Source: an uncultured Acidobacteriota bacterium (GTDB lineage: Bacteria; Acidobacteriota; Thermoanaerobaculia; Gp7-AA8). Taken from it: 64,000 bases of DNA. Both the position numbers and the translations under genes were made by a program. The DNA is taken from the NCBI GenBank assembly GCA_963734155.1, contig CAVTGG010000002.1:86615-150614 (forward strand). Reading direction: 5' to 3'. Shown one piece after another: positions 29,984 through 39,635 of the stretch. The first letter of the stretch is position 1; each line of letters begins with the position of its first letter. The notes under the pieces were generated by a model. It was not told the origin of the DNA. It was given only the letters and a program-made list of their open reading frames with translations, and did not search any database.

Positions 29984-30518
29984 TCTCGTAGTCGAACAGC
30001 ATGTCCTCGATCCTCGCGCCCGAGCCGATGTTGTGCACGATGAGGTAGCGGTTGCCGCGCTTCACATCCGAGACGATGCCGATGTGCGGGAGGGTGGGCG
30101 TGAGGTTCCAGGTCACGATGTCGCCGGGTTTGTAGTCGCCGGTGACGGCGCGGCCCTTGCGGCGGAAGAAGGTGCCGAGGTTGAGGACGCGGCGGTGATC
30201 GATGTTCGTGTCGGTCCGGCGCAGTCCCCACTTCTTCGGATAGGCGGAGAAGTTGCGCTTCATGTCTTCGTGCACGAGCACCTGCAGGTCGATGCCGGCG
30301 TTGCGGAAGGCGCGGATGATGACGTCGCTGCAGACGCCGGTCTCGAGCGGCACGTCGCCGTTCGGATAGGGAATGCTGCGATACGACGAGTCGTACGTGC
30401 GCGTCTTTCCGACCTGCTCTTTCGCGCCGGTGAGCATTTTCTGCAGTGGCACCTGCGCCTGCAGCGGAACGACCGCGAGGAGAACGAGCAGCAGCCAGCT
30501 ACGTGATCGGATTGTCAT
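29958..30518 (-). CDS. DUF1287 domain-containing secreted protein
   Basis: It has a signal peptide and the conserved stretch YDSSYRSIPYPNGDVPLETGVCSDVIIRAFRNAGIDLQ...PGDIVTW...PHIGIV. Confidence 0.65.
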   Translation of the reverse strand: MTIRSRSWLLLVLLAVVPLQAQVPLQKMLTGAKEQVGKTRTYDSSYRSIPYPNGDVPLETGVCSDVIIRAFRNAGIDLQVLVHEDMKRNFSAYPKKWGLRRTDTNIDHRRVLNLGTFFRRKGRAVTGDYKPGDIVTWNLTPTLPHIGIVSDVKRGNRYLIVHNIGSGARIEDMLFDYEITGHYRWF

Positions 30519-31956
30519 TCTGCGTCGCGTCCATCTTGCCGCCGGGCGCGGTGGGATCGTGCGGAAGGCTGCCGCGCGGGGCGCGCAGGAACGCGAACGG
30601 CGTGACCTGCATGAAGTTCGACACGCGGGACGTGTAGATGTCGGCGTAGCGCTCCATCTGATTCGCGAGGTGGCTCTTGTCGTTGCCGGCGCGCATCAGA
30701 GGGCCCCAGTTCGGATTGAAGACCGTGCTCGCGGCGCGCGCGAGCGGCGCGATCTCTTCGTCGAGCTGTTCGATCAGCAGGCGGATCTCGCCGAGGCGCT
30801 TGCTGAGGTCGCGCAGGGCCGGACCGCCGCGCGCGGATCGCACGTAGCGAATGCGCCTCCGCTGGAGATCCAACCGGATCGCACACCCCTCGGCTTCGAG
30901 ATCATGTTTCTGCGACATCAGATATCCGAGCCGCTGCTCCGACTCGTTGAAGCTTCGCTGCGCGAGGATCTCGTCCTCGAGCTCGCGCAGGATCAGCGCC
31001 GTGCGCCAGCGCAGGACGTCCTTCGTCACGTGCACGTCGCCGAACATATGATCGCCGACGTAGAGAATCTCGTAGCCCGAAACGCCGAGGTACTGCTCCA
31101 CGTGCGCGGCGCTCCCGCCGAGAAAGACGGCGTTCTCGCGGAGACCGGTGACGATCGGTTTCAGCAGGCCTTCGTCCGTGACGACTTCGAAGAGCGGGCT
31201 TTTCGTCGTGAAGAACTCCGGCTTGCGCGCGCCGACGATGACGACGTCGAAGAGCGCGCGCCAGCCGCCGGCGGGCAGGAACGGATCGAACGTGCACGCC
31301 ATCATCGCCGACGTGTACGCCCACTCGGAGTTCGTGATCAGCAGCAGCTTCTTGCCGGCGTGTTTCTGATCGAGCAGCGCGGCCACGACGTCGGGATCGC
31401 GCATGACGAAGCGCTCCGGCGAGGTGAGGATCTCCGCTTTCAACCGCCCCTCGGCGTGCACGGAATCCATCGCCAACTTCAGCTGGCGATAGAGATCCTC
31501 GTAGCCGAGAACGCCGGGGATGAGATGCTGATCGAGCAGATCGACGAGCTGCGCAAACATGCACCCTTCGGAGAGCGAGAAGAGCGTGTTGAGAAAGACC
31601 CAGCGGCGATCGTTGAGATCGACGACGGTGCGCGCGTAGGTTTTGCGCTGCTCGTCCCACGAGATCGGACGCGTGCCGTGGATCGCTTTTTTCACGAAGC
31701 CGAAGCGATTGGCCTTGACGAGGTTGCCGAGCTGCATGTCGACGACGAGGCCGCGGGTGACGCTGTGGTGATCGAACGTGAGGTCGGCCACGGGCCAGTT
31801 CTTGCCGAGGAAAAAATCCTTCGCGTACTGATAGGCCAGCTGCTCCCAGATCGCGGAGTCGTACTGGATCAGCGTGTAATCCATGTCGTAGCCGATGGCG
31901 CGGATCGAACGCATGTTCAGCGTTCGATTGCAGAAGACGCCGCGCTCGCCGTTCAC
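30499..31956 (-). CDS. HAD-superfamily 5'-nucleotidase (HAD-IG / cN-II-like)
   Basis: Recognised motifs are VFCNRTLNMRSIRAIGYDMDYTLIQY (DxDxT), LLLITNSEWAYT and YVGDHMFGDV. Confidence 0.7.
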   Translation of the reverse strand: MNGERGVFCNRTLNMRSIRAIGYDMDYTLIQYDSAIWEQLAYQYAKDFFLGKNWPVADLTFDHHSVTRGLVVDMQLGNLVKANRFGFVKKAIHGTRPISWDEQRKTYARTVVDLNDRRWVFLNTLFSLSEGCMFAQLVDLLDQHLIPGVLGYEDLYRQLKLAMDSVHAEGRLKAEILTSPERFVMRDPDVVAALLDQKHAGKKLLLITNSEWAYTSAMMACTFDPFLPAGGWRALFDVVIVGARKPEFFTTKSPLFEVVTDEGLLKPIVTGLRENAVFLGGSAAHVEQYLGVSGYEILYVGDHMFGDVHVTKDVLRWRTALILRELEDEILAQRSFNESEQRLGYLMSQKHDLEAEGCAIRLDLQRRRIRYVRSARGGPALRDLSKRLGEIRLLIEQLDEEIAPLARAASTVFNPNWGPLMRAGNDKSHLANQMERYADIYTSRVSNFMQVTPFAFLRAPRGSLPHDPTAPGGKMDATQNDNPIT

Positions 31957-32696
31957 TGGATGTTCGCCGTGACCTGGAACGACGTCTCGACGCTCGGGTC
32001 GTTCTTCTTCGTCACCTTCACGGTCTCCTGCAGCGGCCCGACTTTCGCGCGCGCGCCGTCGATCGTCACCGTGACGGTCTCTTTTCCCTTCGGCGGCACG
32101 GCGCTGCGGTATTCGTAGAAGAGGCAGCGGCAGGCGGAGCGGGCGACGCTGATGGTGACCGGCGCGTCGCTCGCGTTGCGCACTTCGAACTGCCGCGTCG
32201 CGCGCGTGCCTTTGCGGATCGTGCCGTAGTCGTGCGACGTGGGCGTCGCGCTGATGATGTCGGCGACCACGGGTGGTTCCGCGACGGTTTCCGGCGCGGC
32301 GGTGGTGGTCGTGCTGGTGGTCGTGGTCGTTTGCTCGACGACCTCGCCCGGCTCGTTGCGATCGCGGCTCGCCATCCAGATCAAACCGCCGATGATGCCG
32401 AGGGCGATCAGCGCGGCGACGACGATGAGCGCGACGCGCGCGCCGGATCCGCTGCGCGGGGCTTCGTCGTACGCGAAGCTCTCCTCGGCCGCGGGCGTGG
32501 TGACGAGAGGACGCAAGCCGGCATCGGTGCGGCTCGGCTCGACGTTCAGCATCGCCGCATCGATCTCGCCGAGGAGGCGGCGGTATTCGTTGCCCAGATG
32601 CTCGGTCGGCGCGTCCGCGGCGAGTTTCTGCAGCGCCTCGCGATGCCGCGCGAACTTTGCGCGGTTGATGCTGATGGTGCCGAAGTCGTCGGACAT
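31953..32696 (-). CDS. Membrane-anchored DUF1573-like protein
   Basis: I prefer ATG 32696 (MSDDFGTISINR..) over the ORF-track start 32756, which lies inside a palindrome. It has a central TM (VALIVVAALIALGIIGGLIWM) and a C-terminal HDYGTIRKGTRATRQFEVRNASDAPVTIS. Confidence 0.5.
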   Translation of the reverse strand: MSDDFGTISINRAKFARHREALQKLAADAPTEHLGNEYRRLLGEIDAAMLNVEPSRTDAGLRPLVTTPAAEESFAYDEAPRSGSGARVALIVVAALIALGIIGGLIWMASRDRNEPGEVVEQTTTTTSTTTTAAPETVAEPPVVADIISATPTSHDYGTIRKGTRATRQFEVRNASDAPVTISVARSACRCLFYEYRSAVPPKGKETVTVTIDGARAKVGPLQETVKVTKKNDPSVETSFQVTANIQ

Positions 32697-32706
32697 GGGG
32701 GAATTA

Positions 32707-32766
32707 TAGGAGTGCGGCGGCGTAGCCGCCGCTTTGAAAGCGGTGGCTACGCCCACCGCACTCCTA
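32707..32766. repeat. Long imperfect palindrome (about 26 paired positions, 1-2 nt bulge) filling the spacer between two minus-strand genes
   Basis: The outer stem is taggagtgcgg (32707..32717) / ccgcactccta (32756..32766). The inner stem is ggcgtagccgccgcttt / aaagcggtggctacgcc. It contains the TAG stop (32764..32766) of the upstream gene. Confidence 0.7.
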
Positions 32767-35379
32767 AATCGGCAGCCAGTACGAGAACTTCACCAGGAAC
32801 ACATCCTCGCTCGGGGCGTTGGGGAGCGCGGAGAAGTCGCGGCGGAAGCGGAAGTCGCCCACGGAGGCAACGTCGGAGCGGTTCTCATTCCAGACCACGT
32901 ACAGCGCGGAGCCCGGCCGGAACTCCCAGCGCACGACGGCGCTGCCGCGGATGCTGCGGAAGTTGAAGTCGGGATTGAACGCGATCTCGCTCGCCGGGAT
33001 TGGCGTGTATTCGTCATCGCGCGGGCGCGTCAGATGCTTGTAGTCGTAATAGTGCCCGCTGGCGACGAACGGCTGCAGATAAAGCTGCGCCGACAGCCGC
33101 GAGTTGATCGTCCACTCCGCGCGCACGCCGAGCTCGAACGACTCCTGATCGAGCGTCGCGAAGATGTACTTGTCGCCGTACGTCGGCGTGTAGCCCGCGC
33201 CCGTCTGGCGTGTCACGTACTGCGCAAAGGTGCGGCTGTCGCCGTACGTCGGCGAGAGCGAGAGACGCAGCGACGGCGACGGGCGGTACGTGAACGACGT
33301 CCAGACAGAATTCGAGTGCCCGCCGTCATCGATCGGCACGACCTCGCCGCCGACATAGAAGTAATACTTCTTGCGGCTGTCCGATCCGAACTCTCCGCCG
33401 GCGAAATGCGAGCCCGGCGAGATCGCCGCGGGACCGCCGCGCGTCCTCTGATCGTCGGTCGCCGACGTCCGGGCGCCCGCCCACGCGGAGACCCAGAGGT
33501 AGTTCTTGAACTGCATGTACAGACTGGTATTCAGACCGTTGCCGGTCATATCGCCGTCGAAGTTGAAGTTCTGCCACTTCCCGACCCACGCGCTGATCTC
33601 GCGGGTGTGCTTCGTCAGGTCCGTGTTCAGGTAGTGCAGGACCGCGTGCGACGTGATCGCGTCGACGCGCGGCAGGAAGCCGACGTCGTTCAATTCGAAG
33701 CCCGGCGAGAGCGCCTGGATCTGCAGATTCGGGCGCCACTTCCCTTTCTGCTTCGCGAACATCACCCGGCTCATCCAGCCGTTCAGCGACGTGCGCGACG
33801 GGTCGTATTCGACGTGGCTCGCATCGGGGCGCTGGAAGTAGCGCGCGGAGTTGAGCTGCGTCGACGCGATCGATTCCTGCGAGCCTTCGACCATCGACGA
33901 GCCGCCGAGCCATTCGAGAATCCAGGTCTTGTCCTTGAACAGCGTGTAGCCGTCGACGCCGGCGAAGTAGCTGTTCTGGCGCAGGCGCGGCTCGAGGTTG
34001 TCGGTCAGCTTGCGATTCGTCGACGTGAGGATGAAGCCGGCGCGCGAGTCTTTGCCGTACTCCTTCATCGCCCGCGCGACGAAGTAATTGGTCATCGGCT
34101 CGACGGTCTGCTGCCCGACGAAGTCGCCGGCGCGATACCACGCCTTCTCGTTGTCGGTGAGCGCGTCGAGCACGCCGATGGTCCAGCCGTTGCCGATCTT
34201 GCCGGTGACCTTCGCCGCGCCGAGGATGGTGGTGGAGCCGGGATTGTCGACGAACTCGACCTCGCTGACGCCGTTCGCGCGCAACCCTTCGACGTATTGC
34301 GGATCGACGAAGCCCTGCGGCGCGCGTCCGATGCGGCGCGAGTAGAAGAACGTCGGGAACGTCATGTTGAAGCCCCAGCGGCTGTTCGCGGGACCGCTGC
34401 CGAAGTTGAACGTGTTCGCGCCTTCGGTGAAGAACGGACGCTTCTCGGGGAAGAACGTCTCGAACTGCGAGAGATTGATGACCGCGGGATCGACTTCGAC
34501 CTGGCCGAAGTCGGGATTGACCGTGCCGGTGAGGGTGAGGCTCGAGGTCAGTCCGTACTTCACGTCGACGCCGGCATCCATCGCCTGCGACGACGATTGG
34601 ATGAAGGGATTGTCGAACTTCGAGTGGAGGTCGTTGCGGGCGACGCCGTACGGCACGATCTCGAAGGCGCGCTTCGGCTTGATGCCTTCGATGCCGGTGA
34701 GGTCGGCGAACTTCGAGATGAATCCGCTTTCTGTCTTCGGCGAGAAGACGAGGCGCGAGCTCTCGAGCAGGCGCGCGTTCCAGCGGCTGACGTTGAAGCC
34801 CCACATGTGCACGGGCTTGTCGGGGAAGCGCAGCTGCGAGTACGGGATCCGCACTTCGGCGATCCATCCCTGCGGCACGATCTTCGCGGCCGAGTCCCAC
34901 ACCGCGTCCCAGCTGGTGTCGTCGTAGATGTCGTTGTACAGCGTCATGTCCATCTGCACGTTCGACGCGTTGATGACGAACGCCGCGCCGTTCTTGCGGT
35001 CGTGCTGCGAGTCGATGCTGATGCGGATGTAGTCGCCGTTATTGAGGTCCGCGTCGCGGCGCGCCAGCAGCGGCGTGGCCTTGCCGGCGTCTTCCATCAG
35101 CGCGCCGAAGTAGATCGCGTCGTCGTCGTAGACGATGCGGATCTTCGTCTGCTGCGTGGCCGGCTGCCCTTCGTTCGGATCGCGCTGCGTGAAGCCGGTG
35201 ATCTCCGGCGCGCTCTGCCACGCTTCGTCGGAGAGATCGCCGTCGAGCACCGGCGGCTTCGCCGCGCGCACGGCCTGATACGTCGGACGAGGCTTGGTTT
35301 CCTGCGCGCGAACAACTGCAGCAACGTTGATGTTTAAAAGGATGAGGATGAAGGCGAGGCGATGGCGTTTGTGCTGCAT
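32764..35379 (-). CDS. Large secreted CBM9-like / DUF5916-type protein (outer-membrane beta-barrel-like C-terminal part)
   Basis: The signal peptide is MQHKRHRLAFILILLNINVAAVVRAQE (the ORF track start 35421 is an alternative). The N-terminal domain reads PPVLDGDLSDEAWQSAPEITGFTQRDPNEGQPATQQTKIRIVYDDDAIYFGA. The protein ends in aromatic residues (..FSYWLPI). Confidence 0.6.
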   Translation of the reverse strand: MQHKRHRLAFILILLNINVAAVVRAQETKPRPTYQAVRAAKPPVLDGDLSDEAWQSAPEITGFTQRDPNEGQPATQQTKIRIVYDDDAIYFGALMEDAGKATPLLARRDADLNNGDYIRISIDSQHDRKNGAAFVINASNVQMDMTLYNDIYDDTSWDAVWDSAAKIVPQGWIAEVRIPYSQLRFPDKPVHMWGFNVSRWNARLLESSRLVFSPKTESGFISKFADLTGIEGIKPKRAFEIVPYGVARNDLHSKFDNPFIQSSSQAMDAGVDVKYGLTSSLTLTGTVNPDFGQVEVDPAVINLSQFETFFPEKRPFFTEGANTFNFGSGPANSRWGFNMTFPTFFYSRRIGRAPQGFVDPQYVEGLRANGVSEVEFVDNPGSTTILGAAKVTGKIGNGWTIGVLDALTDNEKAWYRAGDFVGQQTVEPMTNYFVARAMKEYGKDSRAGFILTSTNRKLTDNLEPRLRQNSYFAGVDGYTLFKDKTWILEWLGGSSMVEGSQESIASTQLNSARYFQRPDASHVEYDPSRTSLNGWMSRVMFAKQKGKWRPNLQIQALSPGFELNDVGFLPRVDAITSHAVLHYLNTDLTKHTREISAWVGKWQNFNFDGDMTGNGLNTSLYMQFKNYLWVSAWAGARTSATDDQRTRGGPAAISPGSHFAGGEFGSDSRKKYYFYVGGEVVPIDDGGHSNSVWTSFTYRPSPSLRLSLSPTYGDSRTFAQYVTRQTGAGYTPTYGDKYIFATLDQESFELGVRAEWTINSRLSAQLYLQPFVASGHYYDYKHLTRPRDDEYTPIPASEIAFNPDFNFRSIRGSAVVRWEFRPGSALYVVWNENRSDVASVGDFRFRRDFSALPNAPSEDVFLVKFSYWLPI

Positions 35380-35495
35380 CTGTTTCCTCTCGCACCGAAG
35401 TGAGATAGCTTGTCGTTTCAATGGCTAAAGACGCAGCATGCACGCGGAAGTTAGCCTGGGTTAACAAAAATAGTTGTGAACGCATGTGACAACCA

Positions 35496-37151
35496 ATGAA
35501 GGTCTACATCGGACAAATCAACCCCACCGTCGGCGCGCTGGCAGCGAATGCCGAGTTGATCCGTGGCGCGTACGACGACGGCGTACGCGCGGGCGCGGAC
35601 GTGGTGCTGGTGCCGGAGCTCGCGGTCACCGGCTATCCGCCGCGTGATCTGCTCGACCGCACGTACTTCGTCGATGCCATGACCGGGGTGAAAGAGGCGC
35701 TCGCGGCGATGACGGGCGAGACGACGCTCATCTTCGGATGTCCGGTGCGCAACACGATGTGGTGCGGGAAGCCGCTGCACAACGCGGCGATCGTCGCGCG
35801 CAACGGCAAGATCATCCTCGAGCAGCACAAGAACCTGCTGCCGACGTACGACGTGTTCGATGAGCTGCGCTACTTCGAGCCCGCGCATCACGTGTCGATC
35901 GTCGAGATCGCCGGCAAGAAAGTCGGCGTGTCGATCTGCGAGGACTACTGGTACGACGACGAGATCTTCGAGAAGAAGCTGTACTGCCGCAATCCGGTGG
36001 AAGAGCTGGCGCGCCAGGGCGCGGAGGTGCTGCTGAACATTTCGGCGTCGCCGTTCAACGCCGGCAAGCGCCGCTCGCGCTGGGAGATCTTCTCGCGCAT
36101 CGCCGCGCACTATCGCGTTCCGCTGGTGTACGTGAATCAGATCGGCGGCAACGACGAGCTGCTGTTCGACGGTTCGTCGATCGTGTTCGACGCCGGCGGG
36201 CAGACGATTTTCTGCGCGCCGGCGTTCGAGGAGTACGCGTCGCTCGTGCCGCTCACCGGCGCGCCGTGCGATTCGATCGCGGCGATGGAAGTGGATGAGG
36301 AGATCGCCCGCGGGCTGATCCTCGGCCTGCGCGACTACCTCCGCAAATGCGGCTTCTCCGACGTCGTGATCGGCCTCTCCGGCGGCATCGACTCCGCCGT
36401 CACCGCGGCGATCGCGGTCGAGGCCCTCGGCGCGCAGCACGTGATCGGCATCGCCATGCCGTCGCAGTTTTCGTCGCAGCACTCCGTCGATGACGCGCGC
36501 TCACTCGCGAAGAACCTCGGCATCGCCTTCCACATCGTGCCGATCGCCGGCATCTACTCGCCGTACGAGCGCGCGCTCGACAAATTGTTCAACGAGAGCA
36601 AATTCGACACGACGAACGAGAACGTGCAGGCGCGCATCCGCGGCAACATCCTGATGGCGTGGTCGAACCGCACCGGCGCGATGGTGCTGTCGACCGGCAA
36701 CAAGTCCGAGCTCGCCGTCGGCTACTGCACGCTCTACGGCGACATGTGCGGCGGTCTCGCGCTCCTCGGCGATGTGTACAAGACGATGGTCTACCGCGTC
36801 GCGCAGTGGCTGAACCGTGAGCGGGAAATGATTCCGCGCTCGACGATCACGAAGCCTCCCTCGGCGGAGCTGCGCCCGAATCAAACGGATCAGGACACGC
36901 TCCCGCCCTACGACGTGCTCGACGGGATCCTGAAGCTGTACATCGAGGAGTGGAAGGAAGTCGACGAGATCGTCGCCGCCGGCTTCGATCAGAAACTCGT
37001 CGAGCGCATTCTGAAAATGGTCGACACCTCCGAATTCAAACGCCGCCAGGCCGCGCCGACCATCCGCGTGTCGGAGAAAGCATTCGGCAGCGGACGAGAC
37101 ATGCCGATCGCGCAGCGGTGGCGAAGAGAGCCCGCGAAATTCATACGATGA
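35496..37151 (+). CDS. nadE: Glutamine-dependent NAD+ synthetase
   Basis: It has an N-terminal CN-hydrolase domain (..VLVPELAVTGYPPRDLL.., VSICEDYW) and a C-terminal NAD synthase domain (VIGLSGGIDSAV, TGNKSELAVGY). Confidence 0.9.
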   Translation: MKVYIGQINPTVGALAANAELIRGAYDDGVRAGADVVLVPELAVTGYPPRDLLDRTYFVDAMTGVKEALAAMTGETTLIFGCPVRNTMWCGKPLHNAAIVARNGKIILEQHKNLLPTYDVFDELRYFEPAHHVSIVEIAGKKVGVSICEDYWYDDEIFEKKLYCRNPVEELARQGAEVLLNISASPFNAGKRRSRWEIFSRIAAHYRVPLVYVNQIGGNDELLFDGSSIVFDAGGQTIFCAPAFEEYASLVPLTGAPCDSIAAMEVDEEIARGLILGLRDYLRKCGFSDVVIGLSGGIDSAVTAAIAVEALGAQHVIGIAMPSQFSSQHSVDDARSLAKNLGIAFHIVPIAGIYSPYERALDKLFNESKFDTTNENVQARIRGNILMAWSNRTGAMVLSTGNKSELAVGYCTLYGDMCGGLALLGDVYKTMVYRVAQWLNREREMIPRSTITKPPSAELRPNQTDQDTLPPYDVLDGILKLYIEEWKEVDEIVAAGFDQKLVERILKMVDTSEFKRRQAAPTIRVSEKAFGSGRDMPIAQRWRREPAKFIR

Positions 37152-37183
37152 AAATGACAAACCCCTCATCCGCCCTTCGGGCA

Positions 37184-37263
37184 CCTTCTCCCCGCACGCG
37201 GGGAGAAGGGCTCTCGAACTACGCTTGCCGCGAGTGCCCCTCTCCCCGCCTGCGGGGAGAGGG
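37184..37263. repeat. Two adjacent REP-like palindromes (c)cttctccccgc-ac-gcggggagaagg and ccctctccccgc-ct-gcggggagaggg
   Basis: Hairpin 1 is 37184..37209 and hairpin 2 is 37238..37263, each with a 12-bp stem. They lie between the nadE stop and the methyltransferase start. Confidence 0.7.
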
Positions 37264-37293
37264 TGGCCGAAGGCCGGGTGAGGGGCGACCCGC

Positions 37294-38014
37294 ATGAAAC
37301 CAGTCGAGCCCCATCCCCCACTCTCCAAGTACTACGGCGACCCTTCTCGTCGCGAGGAGTACGTCCGCGAAATCTTCGACGAGACCGCGCCGTGGTACGA
37401 CTGGGCCGTTCGGTTCATGTCCTTCGGCTCCGGCGACTGGTATCGCCGCGAAGCGCTGAAACGCATCGGCTTGAAACCCGGGCATGCGCCTCCTCGATCT
37501 CGCCACCGGCACGGGCGTCGTTGCGCGCGCTGCGGCAGCGATCACACAAGACGTCGTCGGCATCGACGCGAGCATCGGCATGCTGGCCTCGGGACGCGCG
37601 CGAGGTCCGAAAGTCCAGGGCACGGCGGAGCGCATTCCCGTTCGCGCGAATGCGTTCGATGCCGTGAGCATCGGATTCGCGCTGCGCCACTTCGCCGACT
37701 TGCGCGGCGTGTTCGAAGAATGCCATCGCGCGCTTCGTCCCGGCGGACGCATTCTCATCCTCGAGATCACCGCGCCCGAGCGGCGCATCCCGCGCGCGCT
37801 CCTCGGCATGTACATGGGCACGATCGTTCCGGCGGCGATGCGCATCCGCTCGCGCAACGCCCGCGCCGCGGAAATGCTCCGCTATTACTGGGACACGACC
37901 CGCGACTGCGTGCGCCCCGAGGTCATCCTGGATGCGTTGCGCGCGGCGGGATTCACGGACGTGAAGCGGCGGGTGGAGATGGGGATTTTCAGCGAGTATT
38001 CTGGGCGGAGTTGA
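37294..38014 (+). CDS. UbiE/MenG-type class I SAM-dependent methyltransferase, apparent +1 frameshift near 37477-37484
   Basis: It reads ..REIFDETAPWYDWAVRFMSFGSGDWYRREALKRIGLKPG / MRLLDLATGTGVV.. (SAM motif I), then ..LRPGGRILILEI... The pieces are ORFs 37294.. and 37484..38014. Confidence 0.7.
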
Positions 38015-38020
38015 CGCATG

Positions 38021-38120
38021 TCATCCCGAGCGTAGCGAGGGACCTGGGCGGGCGGGGATGCGTTGCATGAGCCTCGTGCCGCCACCCGAGCCCCAGGTCC
38101 CTCGCTCACGCTCGGGATGA
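38021..38120. repeat. Inverted repeat with ~27-nt arms (tcatcccgagcgtagcgagggacctgg ... ccaggtccctcgctcacgctcgggatga), REP/MITE-like, between convergent genes
   Basis: The arms are 38021..38047 and 38093..38120 and differ by one extra c. The right arm overlaps the last codons of the PilZ gene. Confidence 0.7.
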
Positions 38121-38477
38121 CACTTCTTTCTGCACATCCTCCAGACGCTTGATCTGAATCTGGAGAAACTCTTTCAGCTGCTGCTCCTGATCGGCGGGAA
38201 TGGCGTTGAACTCGATCGCGGTGCGGAAGACGTACTCGGAGCCTTTCTCGCCGCGGCGCACCTGCACGATCGAGCGGAGCACTTCGCACGGGATGTAGAT
38301 GCCGCCGTAGCTCGGGAAAATCAGCGTCGCCGACGATCCCGCTTTCACCGGCGAGCGATGAATGACCGCGGCGCCATGCAGGCTGAGATCGATGAGCTCT
38401 CCGTTCACGTCGGAGAGCTGCACCGGAATCGATGCAGTCGGAGTGCGCTCGGATTTGCGCCGATCTTTCGCCGACAT
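38106..38477 (-). CDS. PilZ domain protein (c-di-GMP binding candidate)
   Basis: It has the RxxxR motif (RRKSER) and the D/NxSxxG motif (DLSLHGA) at the expected spacing, and is 123 aa. Confidence 0.7.
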   Translation of the reverse strand: MSAKDRRKSERTPTASIPVQLSDVNGELIDLSLHGAAVIHRSPVKAGSSATLIFPSYGGIYIPCEVLRSIVQVRRGEKGSEYVFRTAIEFNAIPADQEQQLKEFLQIQIKRLEDVQKEVSSRA

Positions 38478-39635
38478 CTATTTGATTATAGATGCGACGA
38501 AATCGTGCGCGACCTTCGCGGCCGCGAATTCGGCGGAGCCGGCGTTCGGCAACACGATCGCGAATGCGATCCTCGGCTGCTCTGCGGGCGCGAACGCGAT
38601 GAGGATCGCGTCGTAGCCCGCTTCGCGCGTTCCCGCGGTTCCGGTCTTCAGCGCGAGCGTGATTCCGTCGACCGCGGCGCGGCGTCCCGTCCCCTTCTCG
38701 CGCGTGACGACGGCCTGCATCGCGGTGACGACGCGCTCCGCGATCTCGCGCGGCACGAGCTGCTTCGCCGGCGGCTGCGGCGGTGGACCGAGCGGATTGC
38801 CGAGGAACGTGCGGCGCTCGACGAAAAGCCGCGGCGTCGTGGTGAAAGCGCCGCGGTTGGCGAGCATCGACGTGAGCATGGCGAGATGGAACGGCGTTGC
38901 GGACTCGTGAACGAGACCGATCGAGTAGAAGCCGGTCTCGAAGTCGTTGAAGATCGGACCGATCGTTTTTCCGAGCGGCACTTTGAAGAAGCCGAAGTCC
39001 GCTTCGCCGTCGAAGCCGGCGCTTTTGTGAAACGCAGTGAGTCGATCGAGTCCGGTTTTCAATCCGAGGTCGGCGAAGACGACGTTGCATGATTGCGCGA
39101 GCGCTTCGTCGAGGTCGGCGAGCTTGCCGTGGCCGCCGGGATGCCAGTCGCCGAAGTGGCGGCCGTCGATGTCGAGCCATCCTTTGCATTCGTAGGGAAA
39201 CTGCTCGTTCACGCCGCTCGACAGCGCGGCGAGGAGCGTGAGCGTCTTGATCACCGAGCCGGGCTCGTACTGATGCGTGAGCGCATCGGACGAGGTGATC
39301 GCGAGCAGCTCGTTCGTGCGCGGATCGATGGCGACGAGCGAGCCTTTGAGATCGCCGAGCGCCGTGAGCGCCGCGCGCTGCACGCGCGGGTCGAGCGTGG
39401 TCTTGATTCGCTCGTGGAGGCCGACGCGTTTCGATGCGAGGAACGCGTTGATCGATGCAAAGTCCGCGTTCTTCGAAAGCGGCGCGCCGTCGCGGTCGTA
39501 GACGAACGGATAGACGCCGCTGCGCCGTTCGATCGCGGCGGCGCGGTACTCCGCCACGTGATCGGGCGCAGGCGATTCAGCGGAATGACAGGCGGCAGCA
39601 ATCAGGCATGCGATGACCCACTGTCGCTTCTCCAT
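38478..39635 (-). CDS. Penicillin-binding-protein transpeptidase-domain lipoprotein
   Basis: The leader is MEKRQWVIACLIAAACHS, with the motifs SVIK (SxxK), SCN (SxN) and KTGT. Confidence 0.75.
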   Translation of the reverse strand: MEKRQWVIACLIAAACHSAESPAPDHVAEYRAAAIERRSGVYPFVYDRDGAPLSKNADFASINAFLASKRVGLHERIKTTLDPRVQRAALTALGDLKGSLVAIDPRTNELLAITSSDALTHQYEPGSVIKTLTLLAALSSGVNEQFPYECKGWLDIDGRHFGDWHPGGHGKLADLDEALAQSCNVVFADLGLKTGLDRLTAFHKSAGFDGEADFGFFKVPLGKTIGPIFNDFETGFYSIGLVHESATPFHLAMLTSMLANRGAFTTTPRLFVERRTFLGNPLGPPPQPPAKQLVPREIAERVVTAMQAVVTREKGTGRRAAVDGITLALKTGTAGTREAGYDAILIAFAPAEQPRIAFAIVLPNAGSAEFAAAKVAHDFVASIIK

